A stretch of DNA of 51,797 bases, filler included, from Piptocephalis cylindrospora (lineage: Eukaryota): assembly GCA_003614145.1 (NCBI GenBank). It is 2 parts of 2 records of this genome, joined end to end, with 100 filler letters (N's around TTAATTAATTAA, not from the genome) between each part and the next. Parts side by side here need not be neighbours in the genome. Positions count along the whole stretch, not along the records: positions 1 to 25,866 come from KZ987774.1; 1 more part is not named here. One strand, written 5' to 3'. The notes under the pieces are model-generated. The model did not search any database. It had not been told where the DNA came from and worked only from the letters and a program-made list of their open reading frames with translations. Position numbers and translations under genes: made by a program. Below, piece by piece: positions 12,307 to 24,739 of the stretch. Numbering within the stretch: the stretch's first letter is position 1; every line of letters begins with the position of its first letter.

Positions 12307-13004
12307 CTACATGCTCGAAAGAGCAATCTGGTATTCGCCCTCGGCATTCTGTGCAATCCACAGGATGGCCGAGCTAACCGTCAAGGTAATGCACTGGATC
12401 ACTCCTGCCCATCCCAAGGCCGGGGGGAGGGAGGCATTGATGAACTTTACGCACAAGATGGCCTAATTTGACAGGGTGAATGAGTCCTTATATACACATC
12501 CTAGACCTGTCCTTGCCTCTCCTCAACACCTTAAAAATTCTTACCACGGATCCGGCAATACCTCCGACCATGACGGCAACCCCTACAAAAAAGGCCAGCC
12601 TGGCCCTCCAGCCTCCATCATCCTGAGCAAAGCTCCCCCCGTAGCTATCCCCGACTAGTCTGGCTTGATCAATGGAGTTGACTCTGGTGAGGAGGATGGA
12701 AATTAGTATGCTCATCCGACAGGTAAAACAAAGCCCATCAACCCCAAACGTACACTAGCATGCCAAGGGTTACACAGATGCCAGGAGCCCATTCGGGCCC
12801 AACAGATATTCCCTCCAGACGAGCCTGTGTAACGGCATCTAGGAAGATCCACCAGGCTAGAGCAAACAGTCCTCCGGCAATGTACACGCCCAGCTCGTGG
12901 GAGATATGCGGGGGTAGGAGAGAGAGAGCATTGAGGGGGAAAAGGCAGACACGGGAACGAGAACTGGTGCCCGAGCTAGACATCCATGGAGGTGGGTTGG
13001 ACAT
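12307..13004 (-). CDS. VPS68: Vacuolar protein sorting 68 / TMEM50 family (introns 12684-12753, 12463-12544)
   Basis: GVYIAGGLFALAWWIFLDA, WAPGICVTLGML-VVNSIDQARL, WRARLAFFVG and a C-terminal ILWIAQNAEGEYQ. Canonical splice sites keep the frame. Confidence 0.88.
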
Positions 13005-14130
13005 GGTAAGGAGGGCGGGTTTGAGGAAAAGAAGAGAAATGAGATGGATAGGAAGGTAGGGAGAAGAAGGGTGAGGGACTGTGGCTAAACCTGGCCTGAA
13101 CCTGGGCCCAATTCCATCATATGGAACCTCCGCTCACCCTTCGTCGTTGTCATCTCCCCTCTGCTCCACTGGTCTTGTCCCATCCAGGCACACACACACA
13201 CATCTCCAGTAGGGGAAACAACTCAAGGGGCGGATATGGCGGGTGATTAGGGAATTTTCACCCTTCTCTCCTGATCTTTTCCAAGTAAAAACCAACCCCT
13301 TGTTCCTGACAGTAACCCTCAATAAATGCTTTTATTGCTTCCGTAAGCTCGCTCATGACCTTGGTCCTGTTTATAGCCAGGGAGAGAGGGCATCAGAGAC
13401 TGAATAGCCGTGCCATCCCTCATACACCATTAATCATAACACCCAATTGGATATTGCATGCGAGACGTGATCAATCTTCCTAGTGTTTTCTAATCCTTCA
13501 TCCGTAATTGACACTGTCATCTTTTTGATATACCCTGCCTTTGATATGAAACATAACAACCTTCGTAAGCGGAAGAGTACGGTGTTTCTTTCCATCATGG
13601 AATCTAGACACCTAGTCTCCTTAACAACATGGCGCATGTCGCCTTATAAAGTAGACAGTTGCGGTGCTTGGTTGTCCATCGCCCATTTCATCAAAATCAA
13701 CTAGCATCTTGTACATCCCCCACCCCGTTCTCCAAGGTAAACCCAACCAGAATTGATCATCCCATCTCCGATTAATCTTTGGGAAGAAGCCTCATTTCCT
13801 CTCTTTCAGCCCTTTCCAACTCCGCTATTCCTCCTATCCTGCACTAGATATAAAATCCGTCTCACTGATACTCAATTCCCTCCAGACTCCGCCGACTTCT
13901 CATCCCATTTCCCATCCCTCTCTCCGCACCCTTCTTCCTTACGCCTGCCCACGCAATCACTCCACTTCTTCCCCTTTCTCTCTGGCTTGGCCCCTCCTTC
14001 TCCTCCCCTTCTTTCCTCCCTCTCTCTCTCCCCCTTTTCCTCCTCTCTGTCTTTCCTCCTCCCCCTCTTCCTTCCTTTTCCATCCCCATCCTCTTCATCC
14101 CCCTCTGCCCCATCATCCCTTCCGTTGCTC

Positions 14131-17100
14131 ATGCAACATTCCTATTCATCCGTCCCTCTAGACACCCAGAAGGCAGAGGGTCGTGAACAGGATAGTACGG
14201 GTGCCAACTCGTATCAGCCTCATGACCCTACTGCCTCCTCCTCCCTTCTCCAAGGTTCCAGAGAGGATATCATGGCTGCGGCCGAGGAGCACGTTCGGAA
14301 CATCACTCAAAACTCTCCCGGCCCTTCCTCCGTCAGCACAGCCAGTGACACTGAACATTCTTCACATTCCCTAGGTCCACACGCTCAGAGACAATCTCGC
14401 TTCCGAGACGAGGAGTATGTTGATGCAGACGACGAAGGAGACGATGAGGATGAGGATGACGGGGATCAACAGAGTCTTTCTCCCTTACACCTCGGAGGCT
14501 GGTCCGACATGGAAACTGGACCTCATAAAGGCTCTCCCATGGCGGGCACCCCCGGCCAAGGTTATCGTCGAAAGGTCCCATGGATCTGCTTTCTTCTCGG
14601 CATTGGCCTCTTCTTCCTCTGGATCATCTTTGTTGCCATTCTCGTCATCTATGAGGCAAATATCATCACCACATCTGCCCTTCCTTCTTCTTCCTCCTCT
14701 CTCGCCGGAAACCTCACCGACACCATCCCAGCCGTCGTGGACTTTGATTTTGGTGAAGTCCCTCCCCCCCCCCCCCCCCCCCTACCCGACCAGTTCAGGA
14801 TCCTCGAACTGGAAAACTTCGGTATACCTTGGATAATTATTTCTCAGGTGAGCTCACCCCTTCTTCCGAATCCGTTACTTGGGTGAAGACCCAAACCGAG
14901 GAAGATGGTCTCCTGACCGAACGGAAACCCGACGGCATCTGGCTTGAATCCCTCTCTACATCCGGAAAATCAAGTTCATCCCGTAGGATCCTCGTGCGAT
15001 CCGATGAACTCAAGGATGAACGCACTGGCCGTTCTTTCCCCTTTTCTTCCTATACCATCTCCGCCGACCTTGCCTACGTCCTCTTTGCTCTTCCCGGTGA
15101 ACGTGTCTGGAGACACTCCTCCAAACAGGGCTACATGATCTTTGACCTTAAAACTCGTCGTGCCCGACCCCTTTCCACCTCTGGTCCCGTTAATGGTATT
15201 TCCTACGCCACTTGGTCTCCCACCGGACATTCCATTCTCTTTGTCCGCGACAATGATCTATATGTTAATGTCAACCTCCAAGAGGAACGCCGTGTCACCT
15301 GGGACGGATCTGAAGCTATTTTCAATGGTATCCCTGATTGGATCTACGAGGAGGAAGTCTACGAGGATAAATTTACTGTATGGTGGTCTCCCGATTCCAA
15401 GCACATTGCCTATCTTCGTCTCGATGAGACCAAGGTCCCCGTCTATCACTATGCCGTCTACGAGGATCCTGGTCTCCCCGCTTCTTCATATCCCATGGAA
15501 AAGAGCATCAAGTATCCCAAGCCCGGCTACCCCAACCCCATTGCTTCGGTCCATCTCTATTCCTTAGACGACACCGGAAGCCCCGGAAGTGGACGTCGCG
15601 TCACTGCCTCCACTCCCGTACAGCCCGTCAATCTTGGTCCCACCGCCTTTGCCAACGACGACCGTCTCCTCGTCGAGGTAGCTTGGGCTGGCCCCAACAA
15701 TGTCCTTGTTCGGGCTATGAACCGTGTCCAGGATATTTCCCGTCTCTATCTAGTCCCCGCTACCCCAAGCGCACAAGGCTCCCACGCTGCCCAGATGGTT
15801 CGAGAGGAGCGTGGCGATGTTGATGGTGGCTGGCTAGATACCCGAAAGTCTATCCATTATCTACCCCCCATCCCCGGTCGACGTATGCCCGGATACATTG
15901 ACGTTGTCATCCGAGATGGCTTTGATCACCTTGCCTATTTCCCCGCCCTCAATGCTTCCGTCCCCCTTTACTACCTTACCGCGGGTCCTTGGGAGGTTAC
16001 CGACAATGGTGTTCTCGCCATAGATTCCTCCGATCGCGTTTGGTATGTCTCCACCGAACGCGGTTCCACTCAACGCCACCTCTACTCCGTTGGCCTGGAT
16101 GGTCAGAATAAGGTCGCTCATACTCCCAATGACGGCGGATATTACGAAGTCGACATGTCCCCTCATGGTGGTTGGTACCTTCTCTCCTATAAGGGACCCG
16201 ATGTTCCCTACGATAAGCTCGTCCGTGCCTCTCGTACCCCCGGGGGTGGTCAGGGCCCTAAGCCTTGGGAGCGCGTTCTCGTCGACAATCAAGCCCTACG
16301 TCAGCGTCTCTCCCGCTACTCCATGCCCATGCATCGTCATGGTACCTTTCGTACTCCCGACGGCGTCGACCTTAATTATGTTGAAGTCCTTCCCCCGGAT
16401 TTTGAACAAGGTGTTCGTCAGGGCAAGCGCTATGGTGTTCTTATGAATGTCTACGGTGGTCCTAAGTCTCAAATGGTGCACCAACAATATGGGTATGACT
16501 TTCACGATGCCCTTGTGTCTGAGATGGGCACCGATTTTATTGTCGTCACCGTCGACGGTCGCGGCACCGGTTTTAAGGGTCGTGCCTTCCGATCTCTCAT
16601 CCGTGGCCGCCTAGGTCATTACGAGGTCATGGATCAAGTGTCCGGTGGGCGTCACTGGGCCTCCCTTCCCTACGTCAATCCCCAACGCATTGGCATCTGG
16701 GGCTGGGTAAGCTTTACATATGTTTTGCCTTAGATGCAATGGTTGCGATATTACTCCAGCTAACCTCCATCGCCAAATTACTTATTCTCCAACCCTCCTA
16801 TAGTCTTACGGTGGGTTCATGTCCGCCAAGGTTGTCGAAGCCAACTCTGGCGTTTTTGCCGCAGCCATGTCCGTTGCCCCTGTAACCGATTGGCACTTTT
16901 ACGACACTGTCTACACCGAGAGGTATATGAAAACCCCGAAGCTCAACCCCAAGGGCTATCAAGAGAGTGCTGTCACCAAGATGGCAGGCTTTCACAAGAC
17001 AAAATACCTCCTAGTCCATGGCCTTGCCGACGGTAAGCCCCTAATGAGTAGTGGCTGCTAATGGAGTTTAAATGTGTAAGACCAATCTCACCTTCCCCTC

Positions 17101-17295
17101 CCCCCTCCTCCTGTAGACAATGTCCACTTTCAACAATCAGCCCATCTCATTGATATCCTCACTCGAGCAAAGGTTCGGAACTACCGTGTTCAGTTCTTTA
17201 CGGACAGTGATCACTCCATCAGGGCTCGTGGCGCTCATTCTGAGATTTACTCTCTGCTCCGTTCGTTTATCCTCCAGTCCATGCCCCCACGATAG
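14131..17295 (+). CDS. STE13: Type II membrane dipeptidyl aminopeptidase (S9B, Ste13/Dap2-like). Frame change in poly-C 14764-14782; introns 16707-16803 and 17033-17116
   Basis: N-terminal TM helix, NGIPDWIYEEEV, YPKPGYPNP, GWSYGG nucleophile motif (split by an intron), DDNVHFQ and DSDH. STE13 versus DAP2 is not resolved. Confidence 0.92.
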
Positions 17296-17535
17296 AGGAC
17301 CCTTTTTCCTCCCTTTCTTGGCCATCTTCTCCTGAGTGTGCGTGTTTTTGTGTCTTCGCCTTGTGCGCGTGTGTGTGTTGTGTCAACAGGGATGGGCATC
17401 ATCTCTTTCCCCTATCTTACATCAATATGATGCCTTCTTTTTCTTATCCCTGCTATCCATTCACCCTAAGTAAATTACCCTGCCTACTCACAGTCTTATC
17501 CTTCTATGAACAACCTATGCTAAAACATTTTACAT

Positions 17536-19781
17536 TTATCTCCCTTCCCGGTACAAGGCTCGACGAGTCCAGTTTTCCTCCGTAGGCCCTATACCCTTCC
17601 CATCTCCGTATTGTGCCCATCGACTGATCGACACTATCTCATCTGGCATCTGGGACATTCGCATTATTTGAAGCAGCACGCTCACTTGTGTCCGACCCCA
17701 CTGTCCCCCGGCTTCCACCCCCTCCTCCCAGATCCTATAACAGGCCTGAGCCAGACCTTTCCTCCATACCAAAGTATTGGCCACACCCTCCACCCTTCCT
17801 TCGCGCTCCCGCTGGGCCCGAGTCATATTCTTGAGGCATGCCAGGATGACCTTCTGTGCCAGCTCGGTTTCTTCAGGTCTTACCCAACCCTTTTCACGCA
17901 TTTCCATCCAGACCCTAAGTGCCAGCTCTCCCTCGGATGCCTTGTAGTGTGCTTGAAGCAGGGCCAGCCAGTCATCCTTGTCCTTGGAAGGTCCCATTGC
18001 CCCCTGGTGATTCTTGATCTTTTCCTGCACCTCTAAATTTTCTCTTAGAGGCGATGATGCCCTATGATTTTCCTGACCATCCCTCATCTCTTGATCCAAT
18101 GCTAGTTCATGATCCTCCGAGCTATCCTTCATTTCTTGATTCAATGCTATCCGATGGGCCTGCCGTATATTCTTCATTTCTTGCGCCAACGCTACCCCAT
18201 GATCCTCCCAGTCCTCATTCATCTCCTGGGACAAGGATGTACCTCCTCTACTGTCTAATATGCCCCGGGCCAATTTCCAGCTACTGCTTTTCCACTGAGC
18301 CACCCAATCCACAATACTCTGGGCCCTCTTGTCGTTAATGCAGGAAGCACACTGTGGGTGTAGCAGTAGAGGAAGGACCAGGAGGGGAATCCGTGCTCGA
18401 GGGATCCATCCCGCGCGGATCATCCGGTTTATCGATACCCACGCGCCCTTTGCATCCCAGATGGCTACAAACCCCTCAATGCTTCTCACATGAAATAGCT
18501 CGTTGGAAATTGTGTTTGCTTGAGTCTTCGGGCTCAACTCCAAGACTACAGATCGATAGAATTGCCGGAATCTTCTTCGTCCCCCTTCGTCCTTTAAGGC
18601 GGTATCCCGTAGAAGGTGAATCAGAGTACATTTGGTTTGTATGGTACTGGGAATCTGTGGAGTAAGAAGCCGTGAGTCTTATGAACTCTCCTCCTGTTCG
18701 TTCCTCACTACATTACCTTTTTCTCTTGCATCCAGGAATAAAGATCCATGGCCATTTGATAGCACTCTTTACTTATCAATTCAAATATAATAGCATTGCA
18801 CGGCTGAGCACTCAGCCGTCCCCTACTCCTTCCTACGCCAGCCGTAATTGCCGGAGTGTCTCTTAGTTCATAGAACATTTGCTCACATAGTTTCTTGGCT
18901 GCTACAATGTTCCCAATACGGAGGTACCCGATGATGAGATATGAGTAGAGGAAGGAGTCAAGCTTTAGTGGAGCTCCGGTCGTATCCCCTTCCTGTATCA
19001 TGGCGTTGATAGAGCTGGAAGCAGCACTCATCTCCCCCAAAAGGGTTTGAGAGTGGATAAGGGCGGTCCATCCTACTTTCCCCAATGGGTACCCTTTGTT
19101 CTTCAGTTCGGCTAGGATACTTTCGGCAAGGGAAAAATCGGAAATGCGAACAAGGGCATCGGCCCACTTGGTCGCATCAAGCAAACTCAGTCCCCATGCT
19201 TGCCGTTGATCCCGGTATGTCTGGGAGAGACGTTGGTAGGTCCATTTATCAATACCTCCCACTAGGATTCGCCGCCGCATAATCACGTACACATACGGTG
19301 AGAGGAGAGAGGAACCACGGTGTAGGGAGGTGACGTCCTGGTAGGCCTGAAAGAGGTATTTTGAAGAAGGCTGGGTCAGCTCATGCTGAAGGACCCTAAG
19401 GGCCTGGATCCTTCGCCGAAGGTCCGAGACGGCCAACTCTTTTGCATCCTCATCCTTATGAAGTGGAGTCTGGGGTAATAAAGCAAGGAACCCCGGGGTA
19501 GCGATAGGGCTAAGACGACTATACCAAGCGTTCACCCCATGCTTCTGAGACTCGGGCTGGTCTACTGGGGGAAAATCCTTTAGGATTCCACGTTCGAGTA
19601 CCCCAACGGTCCTGGATAGGTGATCAAACGCCCTTTCGATGTCCTGTCGCTTTACCTGTCCGTGCGGTCCAGCAATGGATTGGGACGGTGCAGCCGGTAG
19701 ATGAGATCCAGGCCGGGAGGGCAGAGTACTGAGTAAGGCCCGACAGGGATACCTCAGGCCTGCAAATGCCCGACGTAGCAT
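17536..19781 (-). CDS. PPR-like mitochondrial RNA-binding protein (intron 18655-18716)
   Basis: Mitochondrial presequence MLRRAFAGLR. PPR-like helices WTALIHSQTLLGEMSAASSSINAMIQEG and YSYLIIGYLRIGNIVAAKKLCEQM. A 62-nt intron joins the two ORFs in frame. Confidence 0.75.
18055..18234 (-). repeat. Four degenerate 45-bp (15-aa) tandem repeats inside the PPR-like CDS
   Basis: LSQEMNEDWEDHGVA / LAQEMKNIRQAHRIA / LNQEMKDSSEDHELA / LDQEMRDGQENHRAS. Confidence 0.8.
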
Positions 19782-22700
19782 GCTTGAACGTATCTATGCG
19801 AGAGTGAGCTGGTGTCGTTGGGATAGTAAGAGAGGATGGAGGAACCAGGCTATCTGGGCAACAGGTTGGATGATCAGGCACAGATCAAGGCGTAAAGCGG
19901 ACATTAAGCGTGTCTTTTGACCAAATGTGCTCCATTCCTTATCAGAGATGAAGAGAGCAGCCGCAGTACCAGGCCGCAGTCAGTCCTTTCATGCGAAAAG
20001 AGTGCAATATTGATATTGGCTTACACATATGATTCTGGGTCTCAATATAGTAAGAGGAACTTATGACGCTAAGAAATGATTATAAGGATAGCGGGATAAA
20101 CCGATCCCCTCTGATAAGGAAGATGGGCATTTAAGTATTAAAGTTTTGGTATTGCACCACATGGATTGAAAATATACCTGTCTTGACGAGAATGATGAGA
20201 CGAATGACTTTACATATGTATTCGACTGCATATGCATTTTAGTGATGCTGATCAAGATGATGATCAATCCGTTATATTTCCCCTCTTAGTGGGGTGGAAC
20301 ACTAGATCAAGATACGTTCATTTTTCCATACGTGTATGATGGTAGCACTCTTCTATCTTGTCTATGAATTCATAATTTTACAATTATGCAATTAATTATA
20401 CCGTTTTAACCAAGGTATCATTCATCATTATTGTATATAGAATAATCCATTAATGTGGCTTGTCTTCTAAACTTATCCAAGATCCACTGTGTTTGGATGG
20501 TGTTTCGGATGACAACGGAATAGGCATTGATTTTTTGGGCATTGTTCATTGCTTCTCTGGAATCCTAAGGCATTTATGATCTGTTTTTACACCCCCCATA
20601 TACTATTCCAGGCATTCATGTTGATCTAGCGCGCGCTGTCGGACTTCATTATTCCTGACCTGAAATCCCGAGCCCCTCTTCCGTTAGTTCCCACACATGT
20701 GTGATGATATGTGCTGCTCCCTATCCGTTGGGTATGTACTTCCTGAAAAGACGACATTGATTCTAATAAGATCAGTACTTCAGCTTTGGTATGATAGCGC
20801 CTTTTGAGTTCCAGTACACCAGTGGTTTGAATGCCTTGTACGCTAATGTGTGCCGCGTCATGTGTGGCAGTGATCATCCATCTGCCTCATCTGAGCATTG
20901 CCAGGAAGCGGGTTATCCTCGAGATGGTTTAAACTTTCCGAAAGGCCAGCTGAGGCATAGAATGATATCAAGGATAATGGGGAAAGTGTGCGATATCGAG
21001 GATCTCTTGTATAGGGGATTTTCTTTAGATGACGGTACCCTCATTACCGATAATTCTAATCAATTTTCTATGACAATAAAAATATGCATTGGTATTTATC
21101 AGAGAAGGTGGCGCTTATGATCACATTTATCCCGGGAGGCCATCTTAATAGAAGCACTGGTGATGGCGGGTAGAGGCGAGAGAGTAATATTGAATAGTAT
21201 CGATGGCCAGCAAGAGGCGTAGGGCAGGGATGGGGAAAAATCGAAGGTGCTTGAGGGATCCCTTTTCGACAAGGAAATTAGGGAGGGGAGATATAAGTTT
21301 TAATACCGAGAAAAAATCAAGGATTTTATGTACATCAAGGACAAGGATCAAAGAACTCTGGAAATGGGACGAATGTAGAGCCAGGTGACTGATAAGGTCC
21401 TTCAGTAGAGCTGTATCTAAGCTCGGACTCATGCAGGACCTGAGAGTAGGTGGGTACAGGGTTATATTGGATGAAGGTGTAGAAATGCCAAATGAGTGGG
21501 TGTAGACGTAGTATGGAGGGTCAAGCCAACGACGGATTGAGCTATAGTACTTTATCTAGCCTTTTTGCAAAACTCACATGTCACCTTTCTTCTCGGATTC
21601 GGATAGAGAGTGATAGAAGCACACATGGGGATACTTAGCCTCAGCGGTATGCGCTGGATGGAGCAGCAGACGGCAGCCCAGGACTAGAGACTACCAGGAG
21701 GAGCAAAGACACAAGCGGAAGGGTGACCGGCGTGATACATGCTTCATGATCAAAGGGCAATTTATGCGCAAAGTATAGGGTATACTGTTCGATGTTTAAC
21801 CGTGATAAGAAATGGATGAGTAAATAGACGAGGGAAATTGGATTGGATGATCAACACTTTTTATCCCCGTCCCAGGAAGGTACAGTTATCAAGATTGCAA
21901 CACAGCCCGCGAGCGGCAAAAAAAAAGGAGAGCTTTACCCTGAGAAAAGAAGACTGTGATAAGAAAGGGGAGTCCTAGAAAGAGCTGGAGACGAAGCTGT
22001 ACATGCTTCAACAAGGCCTCGAACGCAATAAAGGTCTATAATGAAAGGACGATATGTCGGCAGTGACTTTAACACTGAATGCAGCCTGGGATTTTCACCT
22101 ATCCAGAACGTGTTGCGCCATAATGATGGGCGTACCCTGGAGCAGCCCGCTATGCAGGGTCGAGGCTACCCAGCATGGTTTTGTTTCGATCGGAGTTTGG
22201 CAGGGCCCGAGATGCCTCATAACTGAGTCCCGTCTAGGTCAGAGAGAATGATGCTGGAGCAATGCTTAAAAAGAGATACGGTGCAGGAGAGTGATTTGGA
22301 GAAAATGGATAACCCTTGTTGTGCCGGGCATATCTCGCCATAGGACAATATATTGTTTAACAGGAATAATAGGAACAATCATCCCAGACAATTGGGGGAG
22401 GTAGTCGGAAAAGCGGAGCTGAGCGTACGTGTGCTCTTGAGAGCGACAGGAAAAGACCATGCATGGCGTATATGCGATGAATTGTCAGCACATCCCTTCA
22501 GAGCATCATTCACTCCATATAGCGCAATAAACAGAGGCCGTGCATACGACAGAGACCACATGAAACACTGCGCTCTTCTATTGAACACGAAAAAGGTGGG
22601 AAAGGGAAAAAATACGCAAAAGGCCCTGCGTACGTAATGGAATCTGGAGAATGAGAACAGCATTCATCAGACCACTCGAGTGAATTAGAAGAGTGCGCGA

Positions 22701-23039
22701 ATCAAGGCGATCCATCCTTATGGGGACCGTGTCCTATTGAAGTGATGAGAATCATTCAGATGGAGAAGTGGCAAGCCAAGGTGTCCTTGTCTTCAACAAC
22801 GGGAATGTCATTGGATGGTGCGGGGTGAGAGGGGGCAGGGCAGGGATGGTCGAGTGACTTGTCAGGGTGAGGGACAGGACAGGCCACAGCCATTTTAGAT
22901 ATTGAGAAGTATTATTAAGAGGGAAAGCATGGGGGCAAAAAGGGCTCGGTAGAGAAAGGGGGGTGGTGGGTGCATAGAAATGAGACAAGGACTCCCTGCC
23001 AATTGAATTGAGGAAGGGGGGGGTGGGAAGGTCAGAGAG

Positions 23040-23145
23040 CAATGAATTCATTGTCATCACCCGTTAGGAAACACGGGGTCACAATGACCGGGTATAATCC
23101 ATTGTATCTGAGGTAAGTATTGAGAAACCATCCTCGATTATAAAA
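23040..23145 (+). promoter_or_regulatory. Promoter of the HMG gene: clustered CAATG/CATTG motifs and a TATA box
   Basis: Perfect palindrome CAATGAATTCATTG at 23040-23053, ACAATG at 23081, CATTGT at 23100 and TATAAAA at 23139-23145. Confidence 0.45.
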
Positions 23146-23253
23146 GGGCGAAGAAAAGGAAAGAGGAGAGGGAAAAGTTCATTTCCATTGCTACCCATCC
23201 CAATACCACGCTATAGGCCTTTGCCGCATTCTTACCAGCCCCATTTCTCCACA

Positions 23254-23881
23254 ATGGCCTTTCCCAGTGCACCCAATACGCCCGTTCAGCTGTCATCGGA
23301 GCAGCTGGCCACCCTACTCTCCTTGGAGAGTGTATCCGTCAAGGATATAGCCAATGATTTGATCAAGCAAGGGGATATATCTGGATGGATGTCCCAGATC
23401 ACCTCGACTTCTGATCCTTCGAGTGTACCCGCTCTCCCCGTCCAATCCACACGAAATGTGGGGCCCGGGATGGATGGAGCGGCTAGTATGTTTCCTCCAG
23501 AATTGGGGGGGGGCGCAGACACAAGGATTCATCATCTTGCCCTTGGGAGGCAAGCTCCCGCCCAATATTTTAGCGCAGCTGCAATCGTCTGGTCTGATCC
23601 CCCGTGCGGATCCGAGCGAGAAGGAACTCCGACCGCCTCGGCCACCCAACAGTTTCATTCTTTACCGAGCGGATCAGCATAAAAAGTTCCGATCGGCGAA
23701 TCCCAGCCTACGGAACGAAACTATCTCCAAGCTCATCGGGGATGCGTGGAAGGCTGAGTCTGACGAGGTGAGAGCACGATACCAGGCCCTGGCCAAGACT
23801 CGTAGCGACCAGCATCGACGACGATATCCAGATTACCGGTACCAACCACGGAGAAAGAGCAAGTCTCACACCCTGTCCTAA
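23254..23881 (+). CDS. MATA-type HMG-box transcription factor (frame change at G9 run 23505-23513, or a 76-nt intron 23425-23500)
   Basis: RPPRPPNSFILYR...ISKLIGDAWK...YQALA...HRRRYPDYRYQPRRK is a sequence-specific HMG box. The upstream ATG at 23254 is in a different frame and joins by removing one G. Confidence 0.85.
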
Positions 23882-24739
23882 GAGGGAAGAGAGCACCGCA
23901 TCAGCAGGATGAATGACTGGTTTTGTAGTCCCCCCTCTCGTCTATCTCCATAGTTGATCCCCCCCCCTATCCCACCCACTCCATAATACTTTCATCTCGC
24001 TCATTCAAGTGCATTTATAGCAAGCCAACAAAAAAAATAAGTAAAAAAATACAAATTGTCTATTGTTTATATCAGAAAATTGTTGAGAAGGTTCCAATCA
24101 TGCCGAGCGGTGGTAATGCCCACTCGTCAGATATTAAGCCTTTGATGTTTTTCATCACTTATAAACAGGGGTGACACCTCAATGAAGGGTAAAGAAAGAC
24201 AGGAGGGAGAGAGAGATGGAGCCATGGTTAGCCATGCCTGATCTTCCCATGAACGCTCGGATCCTTTCCGACCCTCTCCATTCCAACTTGAATGAAGGCC
24301 ATTCCCAAAAAGGGGCAGGAAGTTAGAGTGGAGAGAGGGACGTGGAATGGATAAGCGCCCGTGGAGACACCAGGATGGGCCACCGCCACCATGCCCTCCT
24401 CCTGGCTCCAGTCCATTTAGTACCCTACAAAGGGACGTCAGGGTGCATGCAAGAAAGATTACTTGGGGAGAACATCCTATTTGACAAGGGTGAGCAGGAT
24501 AAGGATGAGTGACATGAACAAAGGGCGAAGGGAAACAAGCGCATGTTGCAGTCCTCCACACATCATCTCAGAAGAGATGAATGGGGTCAGGGTTAAAAAG
24601 CTCAGAATGATACTCTTCATGAGGTAATCAGGTGAAGAAATTCAAATAGTAAACATCATACCCGGGAGGACTGAACAATGAGAAAGGATATAAACTTACC
24701 CTAAGTGACCTCGACTTACATCCAGGGGATAATGTACAG

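Noticed and set aside
6171..23881. A mating cluster made of the peptide precursor, Ste13-like peptidase and HMG gene
   Set aside because: The genes are spread over 17 kb among housekeeping genes, and the peptide has no X-Ala/X-Pro dipeptide repeats or CaaX motif.
24587..24703. Telomerase-template-like words (TTAACCCTGA on minus, TTACCCTAA on plus)
   Set aside because: Neither is an exact 1.5-repeat template, the telomere repeat of this organism is unknown, and the adjacent RNA has MRP hallmarks.
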